Shown here in pieces: positions 24,504 to 37,104 of a DNA stretch of 64,000 bases. How positions within the stretch are numbered: position 1 is the stretch's first letter; each line of letters begins with the position of its first letter. This stretch comes from Isurus oxyrinchus (Eukaryota). The position numbers and the translations under genes were made by a program. The stretch is taken from NCBI GenBank assembly GCA_026770705.1, contig JANJGN010000011.1, positions 111,414,001 to 111,478,000 on the forward strand, given 5' to 3'. The notes under the pieces are model-generated. The model was not told the origin of the DNA, made no database searches, and saw nothing but the letters and a program-made list of their open reading frames with translations.

Positions 24504-26982
24504 ATCTGGAATGATTCCGCTCTTTGACTAAGTGCAGTAGCAGGTGGGTAAAACGAAGTTTTAGCTACAGGCCGTGATAGTGGGTTTTCACGTTGGATTG
24601 TCCCAAACCTGCCACATTATTTATGTACTCCTGGGAAACGTGGTGTTTCAATGATGGGCAGGCACTCATTCGCCTGCCCGCCATCACCTCACCGGTTCAT
24701 CAGGCCAGGCATCATATTTAAAGTCCAGTCACAAGCACACCTCTCAGTGTTTCCAGACCACAACTGCTGCACGGAAGACAGGATGGCCCCGAAAGGCAAA
24801 AAGACTGCAGCCACCCCGCTTCAATGATGCATCCCTCGAGTACCTTTTGGATGCAGTGGAGTCCCACTGGGATGTCCTATACCCCCTGCCCTGGCCACAG
24901 GATAGGCAGTGGTGTCACCAGTCAAGCTAGGGAGGTGGTCGCAGCAGTGGTCAACGCCAATGCCCTGCAAAAGAGGACAGCCACCCAGTGCTGCAAGAGG
25001 ATAAATGATCACCTTCATTCCACAAGGGTAAGTCACTCTGCTCATCACTCTCAACTCACACTCACAAACCCATCTCACATCCACAGGGTCCTCACTCACT
25101 GTCAGTTCAAGGGACATCACCATTCACTCTCTCACACACACCTTCATTGTCCTCATTCCATCCATGGGGCCACTCACCACCTACACATGCCTAGCATACA
25201 TATCATCTGGCCTAGCAGGCATCCTGCTTACATTCTATTCACGCAGAACAAGCTGACACACAATAACAGAGAGAGGTCACAGACCAGTGGAGAAATGCCT
25301 GAGATCAAGGTCCTCACAGACTTTGAATAAAGAGTCATCCAGCTGGCCGGTGAAGATCTGGACCATTCCTTGCTGATGCTGAGGTCAGCGGTGTCCTACT
25401 AAGTGAGGATCCAGCAGTGCAACATACATCAGACAACCATGCTGTGAGTGATGTGCCCTGTTTCACAGGCCACTGCCATACAATAATTATCTCCCTTTGC
25501 TTCCGCAGGCACATCTGGGAAACAGCTGAGAGTGTCCATGACCCAGGGCTTCCAGTCAGGACCCGAAGAAACCTCTGGAGAGAAATCTGAAGGCACCCTC
25601 CTTGAAGTCCTGTCACAGCGCTCACCCACACCCTCCACCAGCTCGGTGGGATCTAGCTTTAGAATAGCCTCGGGATCACAATTTGGTGAGCACATCGCAC
25701 TGCCTGATCCACAACAGGCAGCAGCAGGGACTTCCATGGTCCCCGGCACTTGGAGGGCTGCTGGAGGCCAGAAATTTGCTGAGTCCGAGTCAGATGATGA
25801 GCATCTCGACTAGGTCATGTCACAGTTGCTGGAGCTGCTAGGAATCATCAGGAAGGGATGTCTGCTGCTCAGATTGCAAGGCACAATGTCGGAGTCTGTC
25901 CACCTTCAGACTGAGGTGATAGCGCTAGCCTGCCAACGCATCGAGGTCAGCACTGGTAGAATGGCATCCATCATGGAGACATTGACGGAGGACGTCGTTC
26001 CAGCACTCCTGCGTGGGCTGAACAGCATTGCTGAGAGGGGTGTGGGGCAGCTCAGTCTCACTCCAGCTACACCTTCTCCTCAAGGAGGCCGCCCGGGGCC
26101 TTTAGACACCCATGGGTAGGAGGATCAGCAGGTGCACACTCTGGGCCCATCCACCCAGGTGACTCTGAGATTGTCCAGCCCATTTGAATCCTCTCTTCCT
26201 ATGACCTCAGCAGCTCCAGCTCCACAGACAGAGGAGGGTGCCACTGCCACAGAACAGGACTCCGAACGCAGGCTGGGACCCACCAAGTCTCGGCCCTCCA
26301 GGGGACTCCTGCCAAGGTCATCACAGACAGGGCATCACAGTCAGCAGTCTGCATCTACCTCCACTGTGGATGTCTGGGGAGCAGCAAGACATAGCGGCAG
26401 GGTCAGGAAAATTAAGAAGAATTAGTTGCACAGCCTCGGCACAGGTGTTAATCACTTGTACATACTGTTCACCAACGTCAACGAACTTTGATACCTCTGC
26501 ATTGCTTGAGTGGGCAGATAAGCTAGAAGCCTGACTCCAATCATATCAATGGCTGCACCTGAATTCTCTGAGTTGCAGAGTATGGTCACTTTATACAGAT
26601 TTCCCTATTGCGTAGCCACTTCCCTTGCCCACCTTACCCACCACCCCGAATTCTTGTGCGCTATATTTAACAGCAGGACCATGTACGTGTTACTCACCTC
26701 CAATTTCCCCTCAAAGTGCAGCGCGCCAAGTGCATGTCACTCATGTGCTGTTGTGAAACACATTGGCGAGGGAGGGCAATTATGGTGGGCAGGCCTAATA
26801 ATGATACGCTGATGTATCATAGTGAGGTTCCTGATGTCCAATGGCAGGATACGCAGCCTGTCATCGGAGGTCTGAGCAGAAGATCGGGAACTGGTTTCCC
26901 ACCATCATAAAGATGATCGCGCTATAATGTCCACTCATGCATCCGATCATACCCGTCGCCAGCGGCACATAAAATTCTGCCC
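24504..26982 (+). mobile_element. Harbinger deletion derivative D retaining only the Myb/SANT gene
   Basis: 3' TIR aaaattctgccc 26971-26982; 5' end degenerate and approximate; no DDE motifs recognisable. Confidence 0.8.
24783..26425 (+). pseudogene. Three-exon Myb/SANT-like DNA-binding gene of element D
   Basis: Exon 1 24783-25027 (MAPKGKK..PRFNDASLEYLLDAV...KRTATQCCKRINDHLHSTR|gtaagt), exon 2 25247-25402 (cag|NKLTHNNRERSQT..|gtgag), exon 3 25509-26425 ending RVRKIKKN*. Contains stops and frameshifts. Confidence 0.85.
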
Positions 26983-27607
26983 AAAGACTTTCATTGTAGG
27001 AAGAATGACAGATTTCGAATTTTTTGACTTGTTTAATATTGTCCTGCCTTTTCTACCGTTTATACCTTGGGCTATTTCAGCTCTCGCATCTTATATCACT
27101 CTCATGGATTAAAGGCAGAATTTTCCCTTTGGCGTGCTGGGGCGGGCCCCGCATGCATGGGCATAAAATGATGCACAGCGATGTTGGGCGAGCGTCCCGA
27201 CATCACCGCGCACCATCGCAATATTTTGTTGGGCGGGTGCGCGATGATCTCTGATGCCCGCCTGCCATTAATTAAAGGGCCACCTAAGGCCCTTGAGGTG
27301 CCAATTAACTGTGATTTTTCGGCGCCTGTGCAACCTTAGGGTCTGCGCACGGGTGCAATAGGCAGGCAGGTAGGACACATTTACATAAACTTCATCCAAG
27401 GGCAGGATAAGAGGGCTCACTGGGTTGCGAGTGTGTTCTGTCAAATATTGATTTTTCAATGTTTCTGATACTTGCCTGTATGATCTGCAATACTTCAAAA
27501 CATATACCAGCTGCTTGGTCTGGACTAACAACCTTCAGGTCAGCACTCTGCAGTGAGGAATCTTTTCTGGGCCTGCAGGTTTCAGGAAGCCTTCCCATAG
27601 CCTGGGA

Positions 27608-28837
27608 ATGGGAGCTGAACTCCCCAGTGGAGACACCTCCCCTGAGAAGGAAGGGGGGCCTGGGAGGGGGAGGAGGCCAGGAATGTACATTCAGCCTCCA
27701 GGGGAGCCACCTTTGGGAGCTCAGGCATGGTTGCAAGGGGTGCAGGGCCAAGAGGTAGTCCAAGGCGGAAGGAGCTGCAGACGACGGCACTATCCTGCTG
27801 CCAGGGTATACAGGCGGCGAAGCAGTTACCTCAATATGTCTGAGGTGCAGTGCCGAAGGAGGCTCCATCTCTCAAGGGAGACAGTCAACTATATCTGTCA
27901 GATGATAGGGCCTGAGATCTCCGTGAACTGTGTGGGTGGACACCCCATACCAGTGGCTCTAAAGGTCACAGCTGCCCTCAACGTCTATGCCTCTGGCTCC
28001 TTCCAGGGGTCGGTGGGTGATCTTTGTAGTGTTTCCCAATCAGCTGTCCACACATATGTCAAGCAGGTCACAGACGCTCTGTTCAGATGGGCATTCACCT
28101 TCATCCTCTACCATTCGGACCAGGCAAGCGAGATACAGCGAGCCAGAGGCTTCGCAGCCATTGCTGGCTTTCCCCATGTCCAGGGTGCAATAGACTGCAC
28201 ACATGTGGCTGTCAAAGCGCTAGCAGGTGAGCCCGGCGCCTTTGTCAACAGGAAGGGCTTCCACTCTATGAACGTGCAGATAGTGTGTGATCACAGGATG
28301 CTGATTCTACAAGTCTGTGCAAGGTACCCAGGCAGCTCCCACGACACCTACATTCTCAGATTACTTCCAGGTGCCGGGACTCTTCAGTGCTTCAGCCCAG
28401 CTGGATGGATGGTTGCTGGGTGACAAGGGCTATCCCCTCAGAAGGTGGCTCATGATGCCTCTCCACCATCCAAGAACAGAAGCTGAGCAGCGCTGCAATA
28501 GGAGCCACACCTCCACAAGGGTTGTGGTGGAGAGAACCATTGGCCTTCTCAAGATGACTCTCCGATGCCTGGACCACACAGGGGTGCACTCCAGTACCCC
28601 CCAGATCATGTATTGGTGATAATGGTTGCATGCTGCACTCTGCACAATCTTGTGCTGGAAAGGGGGAACGCAGTGGACGATGAAGATGTAGACGCAGTGG
28701 TTGCTGCTGCACACGATGAATCCAGCAGTGAGTCATAGGATAAACAGGGAAATGCTGAGGGGGTAGATGCTGACTTGGGCAAACTCCAGGGATGCAGAGA
28801 CACCCGGGAGGTTTTAATCCAATGAACCTTCAGCTAG
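27608..28837 (+). pseudogene. Harbinger DDE transposase (HARBI1-like family), frameshifted
   Basis: [55 protein letters not shown]; frameshifts near 28360 and 28585; AATAAA at 28942. Confidence 0.95.
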
Positions 28838-29153
28838 CACACCACATATGGACCTCCAGGACAAGCCTGGGCTGTATGCTCCATATTCAAGGCCTAAGTA
28901 CAAAATCTTCCTGGTTAGGAACATTAACTAAGGGCCTTGTTAATAAAGTTGAATATTCCACAAAACACTCATTCCATTATTGGAAACCATTCACCTTCAG
29001 AACAAAAGAGGCACCCGCAGCCATGGTGACATGTCTGAATTTAATATTGCAACCAAAGAAACTTAATGAAACAAAATGAAATAAGTGTTAAAAATCACAC
29101 CAACTCATAAAGCGGGCCAACACAAAAGCACCAGTAATAAACCTGTGATGTGC

Positions 29154-30100
29154 CTAAGGTACCTTATGTTTACATTTCCGGGTGCTACGTCTTGGTGCTG
29201 ATCCCTCCCTGGGAGTAGCGTCTGAGACAACTGCTGACTCTGGACCTTGGCAGTTGTCCTCTGGCTCTTGGAGCCAGTGCTGGGCCCACCTGGGAGGGAG
29301 CTGCCAGTTCTACAGCTGGCATCTCCCCAGTCTTTGCAGCCTTACTGGATACAACAATCACTGGCAGAGGGGCGGAGGATCTGCCGTCCTCATCTGGATC
29401 ACCCTGAAAGGAGCCGCAGAGATCACATGCAGCTGCTGTACCAACGTGAGTTTGCTTTGGACCTCCCTGCTCACCGTGGATGGATGGGCAGCAAGCTGGG
29501 AACCTTGGTGCCCAGACCATCTCCCACACTGGCACTGATCAGCATGTCATCACCCTGATTTTGACATGTCCTGGAGTTCCAGCATTGTGCCTAGGTTTCG
29601 CTCCTCCAGGTTGCTCCCAAAATGGTCTTGTGGGTCTCAGTGTACCACATTCTGCAGGGGCAGAACCCATCTGTTCACCACCCTCTCAGGGTGAACTCGG
29701 CTTAGGTAATATTTGCTGGCCTACCCAGTGAAGGGTAAATGCCTTCAATGATTCAATGCAGTCACTTCACTCCGACTTGGGGGTGGGTGGGCAGCAGGGC
29801 AAAAAGCCAACCTGCTGGGTTGTGATCAACACCAACATTGTCCTCACCCTTCCTGAGCACAACAAGTCGTTGAAGCGCTTTCAAAACTGAATCCAGGTGC
29901 GTCACACCACGTCGCAGGAGCTGGGGAGATGGGGGAGATGGGGGGGGGCCTCCTCCTCCCATCCTGGGGAACCAGCATCTCCCACCGTGCTGCCACCTCC
30001 TCAAGGAGGGCAGCAAGGCAGTCATCAGAAAAACAGGGGGCACCCTGGCCCCCCCGCCCTACCCTCTGGCCTGGCCTGCTCACCAGAAGCGCTCTGGGGA
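29154..30100 (-). pseudogene. Myb/SANT gene of element A, internally deleted
   Basis: APCFSDDCLAALLEEVAARWEMLVP, donor AGG|gtgag at 29848; exon 2 and the start of exon 3 are missing (junction 29543/29544). Confidence 0.85.
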
Positions 30101-30522
30101 GCCCTTCTGATGGCCATAATTCGCAGCCTTTGAAAGGCTGCAGCAACTTTTTAAAACAAGCTGCCAGGTCACCATTGAACCCGGTGGGCATTGCATTCCT
30201 CGGGCACCGCGATTCATGCTGGGCAGGCCTTAACTGGCCCACCTGTGTAAAATGGCGGCACAGACCCGATGGCGGGTGGTGATCGGGTCCATGCCTGCCT
30301 GTACCTGCCGTGCCTGTTCCTGCTCCGCCGTCCCCACCAGCCAGAAAATTCTGCCCTAAGTTTTAATTCTCCATGCCTTCATGGGTATCTACTCTTGTCT
30401 TGAGACTGAGGTAAGCTTTTCATAATGTACCCAGGGAACTAACAACAAAGCTGGTAATTGTGTTAAATACTGGATTTATCTTATGCCTCCATAAGATTAC
30501 AGTGTAGTTTTCAAAAGTAGCA

Positions 30523-30625
30523 GAGCATAGGAACATAGGAATAGGATTAGTCTAATTTGACCCTTTAATCTGTTTCGCCATTCAGTGAGATCATGGCTGA
30601 TTTGTGACCTAACTCCATATACCCC
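30523..30625 (-). mobile_element. CR1 3' tail fragment
   Basis: cataggaacataggaa octamer tail and ccattcagtgagatcatggctgat. Confidence 0.7.
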
Positions 30626-33087
30626 AGGAGGGCAGCTCAATGTTAGAGGGGTTACTGGCTTGGTTAGGCAGTGACACTCCAATACCTTCAGGTGTTGCCA
30701 CTTACAGTAAGAGGTTTGATGGCCTGGGATTTAAAACAATGCCAGTTAGAAAAGCATCAGATGTTGGTGCACACATTGCAAGCCACATCAGGCAGTGTGC
30801 TGTAGCTACAGCTCAGTCCACCTGTTCAACATTCAACATGTTAAAAGATTATTTAATAGCACTGAAGCCCCCCAGAAGGAACATTTCTAGGAATATTTGT
30901 AGTGGAGGCTGCCAAAACAGTGACCCATAATCCATGGTCAGACTGCTGCTACAGAGGTTTTGGGTAGGATGTTAGAAAGTGCTGCCTTTGCCAGTTTGGG
31001 CAGGTTGAGTAATGGGTATGGACAAACATTACATGAGGTTTTACCATAACTTTTCTGATGATGAGCAGTGGAACTGGGTGACTAGTGATGGTAACAAGAT
31101 ACAGAGATTATGTTTCTGTCTCTCAGAGGAGCAATATCATTTCACCAACCCATCTGATACCTCTATCTGCATAAAAAAACCATGGTCAGGCTGCCCAAGT
31201 AACAGCACAAAAACTGCTGCCTGTAGGGGATGCAAGAACTTTCTGCTCACTGCAGCTGTCTCAGCCCAAAGAGGCTCCTTCTAACACACACCAGCCAGCT
31301 ATTTAGCATTCAACTACTTCATGTACTGCTAAAAGGAAGCACAAGATTAGATTTAACAGTTCAGTCATCATGATGGTGCCACCATTGCTGTTTATACAGA
31401 CATTGCTGTCATGTCTGGTTCTTTTCTGTGTCCAGTATTGGGTTTTTAAAGTTGTTGTCAGTCCTGAAATCTGGTTCCCAATTTTGCCATCAGCTTTGTT
31501 TTCATCCCACAACCTGACATTACCAGGCTCAAGAGATTGGGAAAATCTAGCCACACACGCACTTAAACACACAAACGCTTCAATCACTAGCTTTGATCTC
31601 CCATGGAGCATGTATGACTGCCACAGCAAACTCATGCAATTACTTTATTGAAGACAATGTATTTGTCACACAGGCCTCTTCATGAGGGGTAGTTTGTGCT
31701 TTTACAAACAGTATTATTTATGTTCCCATTTTTAATTCTTAGTGGCTTTGATAGCAATGATTTGAAGTGCTACTGATATTCGCTTCCTGCATAATAAGGT
31801 TCCTCAATACAATTTGATCTTGTTATTCTCAGCAAAAAAATACTTAGCACTGATAATGCTTATTTTGGGCAAGTCAGCTAGTTAAAAAGCCACTTAACTA
31901 ATTAGCAGGTTAATTTGACTGGGAAGAGTAGAGAGCTACGTAAATTTGAAAAATTGCTATGTGTTTAAACATATTTTGATATATTTACATCTCTACAACT
32001 AATGGCGTAACAAATGTAGTTTAATACTGCTTTTGGTCCCTCAAAATCATCTTGCTTGCTGCCAGACCATCAGCTGCCTTCACCACCATCCACCCAAACA
32101 TACCCCGCTGGTTGACGGGATCACTTGGCCATTGCTAATAAAAAAAAACTAGTGGCTTCGCTCCACGGCCAAGTCACTGCATTTCTCACACCCAGACTCA
32201 CAATTAGTGAGCTAGATGCCTGTCGGGGGCTGTAAAAATGCTTTGGGCCTCTGGTAAAGCTCAGCTGGCAAAGAGCTAGCTTCATCTACTATGCCCACAC
32301 TCAATATGATCACTCAAAACAAAAATCGACCAAAAATTTGGGAAGGGACATTGCTTTTGAAACATTAGATTTGAAACAGAAATGTGCATTCCTATCAACT
32401 GTTACTGTCAGCTACTATTCTGCCTCACTTAGAACAATGTAAGAATCATTTTCTCTTTTCAAATGAATCCTAGATTCAATATGTGCTCGTCTCAGGTAAT
32501 AGGACTGAAATCCTTCCAAGTTGACTATTTCATAACCTTTGAGCAACGAAGTAGGAGGCTCTTTTTATATTAAGCAGGAACTAGAATCAGTTATGGAATC
32601 TCTTTTCTTTCTACCTCCTCCTGCAGCAATCACTGTTCAGAGCATCCACAGCCTCTCAGTGGACGAGCGCAAACTCAATTGGTGACAATTGACAATGGCA
32701 ATTTTTCTGAAGACACGAGGAAAACAGCAAAGGATTCCCCTACTAGGTAGATGCAGATCATAATAAATCTTGATTTCTTCAAATATATCTCAAATTTTAC
32801 AGTTTTTTTTCCCAAATGCAGAAAACTAGAAACAGTGCTGGTAGTTTATGCTGTTCATATTGTATGATTACTGAGGCAAAGTTTGAAGAATTGGCAATGC
32901 TAAGATCAAAGTGCAGATCAGACAATTGGAGAAAGTGGACAGGGTGTCATTAGCTTTAATGACCTCAAAATTAGGAACCTCTGTGGACAATTCTTTTCTG
33001 TGTGTCCATTGAGTGAAATTCCATTCAAGGAGGGAAATCTCATAACATTTACTTTCAAATTTATTCAGAACAGCAAATTAAAAAAAT

Positions 33088-33185
33088 GTTTGATGGAAGG
33101 TCATACAACTGAAATGTTGGCCCTGTTTCTTTGTTAATTCACAGATGGTGTCTGACCTGTTGAGTGTTTCCAGCATCTTCTGTTA
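33088..33185 (+). mobile_element. Old Penelope pLTR 3'-end fragment
   Basis: ttgatggaaggtca...tgaaatgtt...cacagatg...gacctgttgagtgtttccagcat, similar to 24319-24419. Confidence 0.7.
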
Positions 33186-33660
33186 TGACAACAACTGTCA
33201 ATTTAGCAACTGTATCTATCCTATGACTCTCACAAGAAATATTATTAAGGTATATTGCTGATGTACCATATTTCAACCTTTAACTACAAAGTAATGTAAA
33301 TGAACAAAGAATGAACAAGAACACATTACAGTAGTATAATCTATAAATGAATATTAAAATTTGACATAAACCTTGTCCTTGTTGACATAATAATTGATGA
33401 GTTTTGACCAACATTCACCATTGAAAATTGCTACATTGATAGTTCCCATTCAGCTTTGCTATGTCAACTGTGACAATGCAGTTACAGGCTCTGACCCACA
33501 GATATCTGTATTATAGGTTTTTGACATCTTACTCCCAAATCCAACTCCATTGCCATCTTCTATGGAAAAAATCCTTACATTCATCAATTCACCATGGGCA
33601 GAGACACAGCCAATGCACCATCACCAGCACCAACAAGAGCATCTTGCATTTATGTAGAAG

Positions 33661-35090
33661 GAAAAAATACTGTGAATGCTGGAAATCTGGAATAAAAGCA
33701 GAAAATTCTTGAAATACTCTGCAGGTCACGCAGCATCTGAGAGAAAACAGAGTTAGCATTTCAACTCAATGACTTTTCATCAAAACTGGGTAAAGTGAGA
33801 AATGTAACAGGTTTAAAGGAAGTGAAAATGGGCTGGTGAGAACGCGAACAAAAGGGAAGGTCTGTGATAGAGTGGAAGACAGGATAGATTAAATGACAAA
33901 AGGGTTGGTAGTGCTAGGCCAAGGGGACTGATAATGGAACAAGAAAATAAACAAAAGGCGTGTCCAGAGGAGGAGTATATGACGGACTGATGACAGCTGC
34001 CATCCAAAAGCAAAAACAAGAGCAAAACAAGAATTAAAACAAAAACTGAAAAGAAAAATAAAACAAAATGGGAGAAGAGGTTACCATTTGAAATTTTTGA
34101 ACTTATTGTTGAGTCCAGGATGCTGTAAAATGCTTCATTAAAAGATGAGGTACTGTTCCTCAAGCTTACTTTAAGGTTCCTTAGAACACTGTAGGAGGCC
34201 CAGGACAGGAAGGCCAGCATGAGTGCAAGGTGGGCAATTAAAACGACATGGCCTTTGTTCTCCTGCATGATTCCACCACCAAAGAAATCATCCCCTCCCC
34301 TCCCAGCATTCTAAAAGGGACCTTCCCCCTCTGTGGCATCCTGAGCCACTCCTCAATCACACCCAACACCCATTCCTTCCCACCTTTCCATGCAGGATTG
34401 TAACAGCTGCCCTTTTAACATATATCTCCATGTCATACAAAGGTCCTAAACACTCATTCCAAGTGAAGCAGTGATTTATTTGTGCATCTTTCAATTTAGT
34501 ACATTGCATTTGCTGCTCACAATGTGGTTGCATCTGCACTGGGGAAACCAGACACAGATAAGTGGTCGCTTTGAAGAACACCTCAGTTCAGTCTGCAAGC
34601 ATGACACTGAGTTTCAGGTGGCTTGCCATGTTAATCCCCCACCTGGCTTTCACACTGGGCCTGGGTCGATAGCCTACTGCAATGTTCCAGTGAAGCTCAA
34701 ACCAAGCTCAAGGCACAGCACCTAATTTGGTTAGACATTTTAAAGCCTTCTGGACTCAACATGAGTTTCAAAAATGTCGGAGTGTAATCCCTGCCCCCAT
34801 TTTGTTTCATTTTCTTTGCATATTTCGGTCTTATTCTTATTTTTCTCCTTCTTGCTTTTGGACAGAAGTTGTTCTTAATTCTGCCATGCACACCTTCCCT
34901 AAACCCATCTTTTGTTTCTTTATGTGTCATTATAACTTCCTTTGACTCTGACCTGCCCTATTTTATGTGCCTCCGCCCCCACACTCCTCCAAAAACATGC
35001 AGAGTGGGGGCACATGAAATCCAGTCCGTTAAGTCTGTAACTCTCTCCACATAAGCTGTCAGACCTGCTGTTTCCAGCATTTCCTCTTAT
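33661..35090 (+). mobile_element. Old Penelope-like element with long inverted 5' pLTR
   Basis: 33661-~34250 is an antisense copy of the GIY-YIG end plus 3' UTR. 34262-35090 is a decayed sense copy (GPKHSFQVKQ, CICCSQCG) collinear with 36180-37200. Confidence 0.85.
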
Positions 35091-35409
35091 TTAAGGCAAA
35101 GGGACAATGAGGTGCACGGAATAAATTCCAGAGCATCAAGTGCAGCCATATATTTATTTTTACATTTATGCTTAAACATATCCATTTACACTGGACATTC
35201 CTCCAGCATCTTAAATGAAAATAATAATTTCAATATATGTGCTAAACTGTTGTAGTCAGACTTTATATACGCAATATTTTTCTCTCATTCTTTCTAACAG
35301 GAGGTATTTGGCTTAACAATTTTTTATTTCCCACTCCAATCAATTATTTGAACAATTTCAGCTTCTAAGTATTCTTCAAACTGTCTTGAATTTAAATAAC
35401 TACCAGTTA

Positions 35410-35660
35410 AATGTCAGCCTCTCATCTCGGACTCAGAAGGTCATCAGTTTAAGTCCTACCCAAGAGATTTGACACATAATAGCACCATGGAATTGTATAT
35501 GTCCAATTGAAATGACAGACCGGGCCTTGGATTAATGTCTCATCTGAAAGGTGGCACCTCTGACTGCAGAAATACCTCAGCCCTGTACTAATGTGCCCAC
35601 CTAGATGCTGTGCTCAAGTCTCTGATATGGTACTTGAACCCACAGCCTTCTTTTACTCAG
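35410..35660 (-). mobile_element. Deu-domain SINE fragments (inverted heads)
   Basis: gtctcatctgaaaggtggcacctctgac...gtgctcaagtctctg...cttgaacccacagccttct on minus; a short plus-strand head at 35410-35480. Confidence 0.7.
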
Positions 35661-35776
35661 TAAGTCACTTATGTTTTTGATTGAAAGTGGATTGGTTCTT
35701 CCTGTAGGTTTTCTATAGCTTTGAAGCTAGCTGATGAACATTGCTGGTACAAAGATAAAAACAAAAAAAACTGCGG

Positions 35777-36727
35777 ATGCTGGAAATCCAAAACAAAAAC
35801 AGAATTACCTGGAAAAACTCAGCAGGTCTGGCAAAACTCAGCAGGTCGACTCCCACAGCTACCTCGACTACAGCTCCTCACACCCCGTTTACCTGTAAGG
35901 ACTCCATCCCATTCTCCCAGTTCCTTCGCCTTCGTCGCATCTGTTCCGATGATGCTACCTTCAAAAACGGTTCCTCTGACATGTCCTCCTTCTTCCTTAA
36001 CCGAGGTTTTCCACGCACGGTCGTTGACAGGGCCCTCAACCGTGTCCGGCCAATCTCCCGCGCATCCGCCCTCACGCCTTCTCCTCCCTCCCAGAAACAT
36101 GATAGGGTCCCCCTTGTCCTCACTTATCACCCCACCAGCCTCCGCATTCAAAGGATCATCCTCCGCTATTTCCGCCAACTCCAGCATGATGCCACCACCA
36201 AACACATCTTCCCTTCACCCCCCTTATCGGCATTCCGTAGGGATCGCTCCCTCCGGGACACCCTGGTCCACTCCTCCATCACACCCTACTCCTCAACCCC
36301 CTCCTATGGCACCACCCCATGCCCACGCAAAAGATGTAACACCTGCCCCTTCACTTCCTCTCTCCTCACCGTCCAAGGGCCCAAACACTCCTTTCAAGTG
36401 AAGCAGCATTTCACTTGCATTTCCCCCAACTTAGTCTACTGCATTCGTTGCTCCCAATGTGGTCTCCTCTACATTGGAGAGACCAAACGTAAACTGGGCG
36501 ACCACTTTGCAGAACACCTGCGGTCTGTCCGCAAGAATGACCCAAACCTCCCTGTCGCTTGCCATTTTAACACTCCACCCTGCTCTCTTGCCCACATGTC
36601 TGTCCTTGGCTTGCTGCATTGTTCCAGTGAAGCCCAACGCAAACTGGAGGAACAACACCTCATCTTCCGACTAGGCACCTTACAGCCTTCCGGTCTGAAT
36701 ATTGAATTCAACAACTTTAGGTCGTGA
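35777..36727 (+). CDS. 316-aa ORF: PLE RT thumb, Cys-rich linker and GIY-YIG endonuclease (no RT core)
   Basis: SIPFSQFLRLRRICS, CPRKRCNTC, LVYCIRCSQCGLLYIGET, EQHLIFRLGTLQPSGLN. The ATG comes from the inverted pLTR; expression unknown. Confidence 0.6.
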   Translation: MLEIQNKNRITWKNSAGLAKLSRSTPTATSTTAPHTPFTCKDSIPFSQFLRLRRICSDDATFKNGSSDMSSFFLNRGFPRTVVDRALNRVRPISRASALTPSPPSQKHDRVPLVLTYHPTSLRIQRIILRYFRQLQHDATTKHIFPSPPLSAFRRDRSLRDTLVHSSITPYSSTPSYGTTPCPRKRCNTCPFTSSLLTVQGPKHSFQVKQHFTCISPNLVYCIRCSQCGLLYIGETKRKLGDHFAEHLRSVRKNDPNLPVACHFNTPPCSLAHMSVLGLLHCSSEAQRKLEEQHLIFRLGTLQPSGLNIEFNNFRS

Positions 36728-37104
36728 GCTCCCTCCCCCATCCCCACCCCCTTTCTGTTTCCCCCTTTTTTTTCCCTATAAATTTTATAGATTTTTCTTT
36801 TCCCACCTATTTCCATTATTTTTAAATATTTTAAAATCTTTTATGCTCCCCCCACCCCCACTAGAGCTGTACCTTGAGTGCCCTACCATCCATTCTTAAT
36901 TAGCACATTCGTTTAGATAATATCACCAACTTTAACTTTAACACCTATGTGTTCTATTGTACCATTGTCGCTGACATCTTTTGTTTGTTTGTCCAAACTG
37001 CTTGTTTGTCTACACAACCACCTCTCTCTCTCTCTATCTCTCCGCCCCCCACACACACACCTTAAACCAGCTTATATTTCAACTCTTTCTTGGACTCAAA
37101 ATCA

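Larger units (their letters stand above)
27113..30356 (+). mobile_element. PIF/Harbinger transposon A with both ends
   Basis: TAA|aggcagaattttc ... gaaaattctgccc|TAA; convergent transposase (+) and Myb gene (-). Confidence 0.95.

Noticed and set aside
27608-28837. Domesticated host gene HARBI1 (and NAIF1 for the Myb genes)
   Set aside because: Flanked by TIRs and TAA TSDs, present in several copies and frameshifted; these are transposon copies.
27081-30410. Host exon disrupted by Harbinger A (acceptor at 27080, donor at 30411)
   Set aside because: After removing the element, all three frames contain stops.
31012-31651. ORFs of 90-110 aa on both strands
   Set aside because: No recognisable motif or splice structure; the length is within chance expectation.
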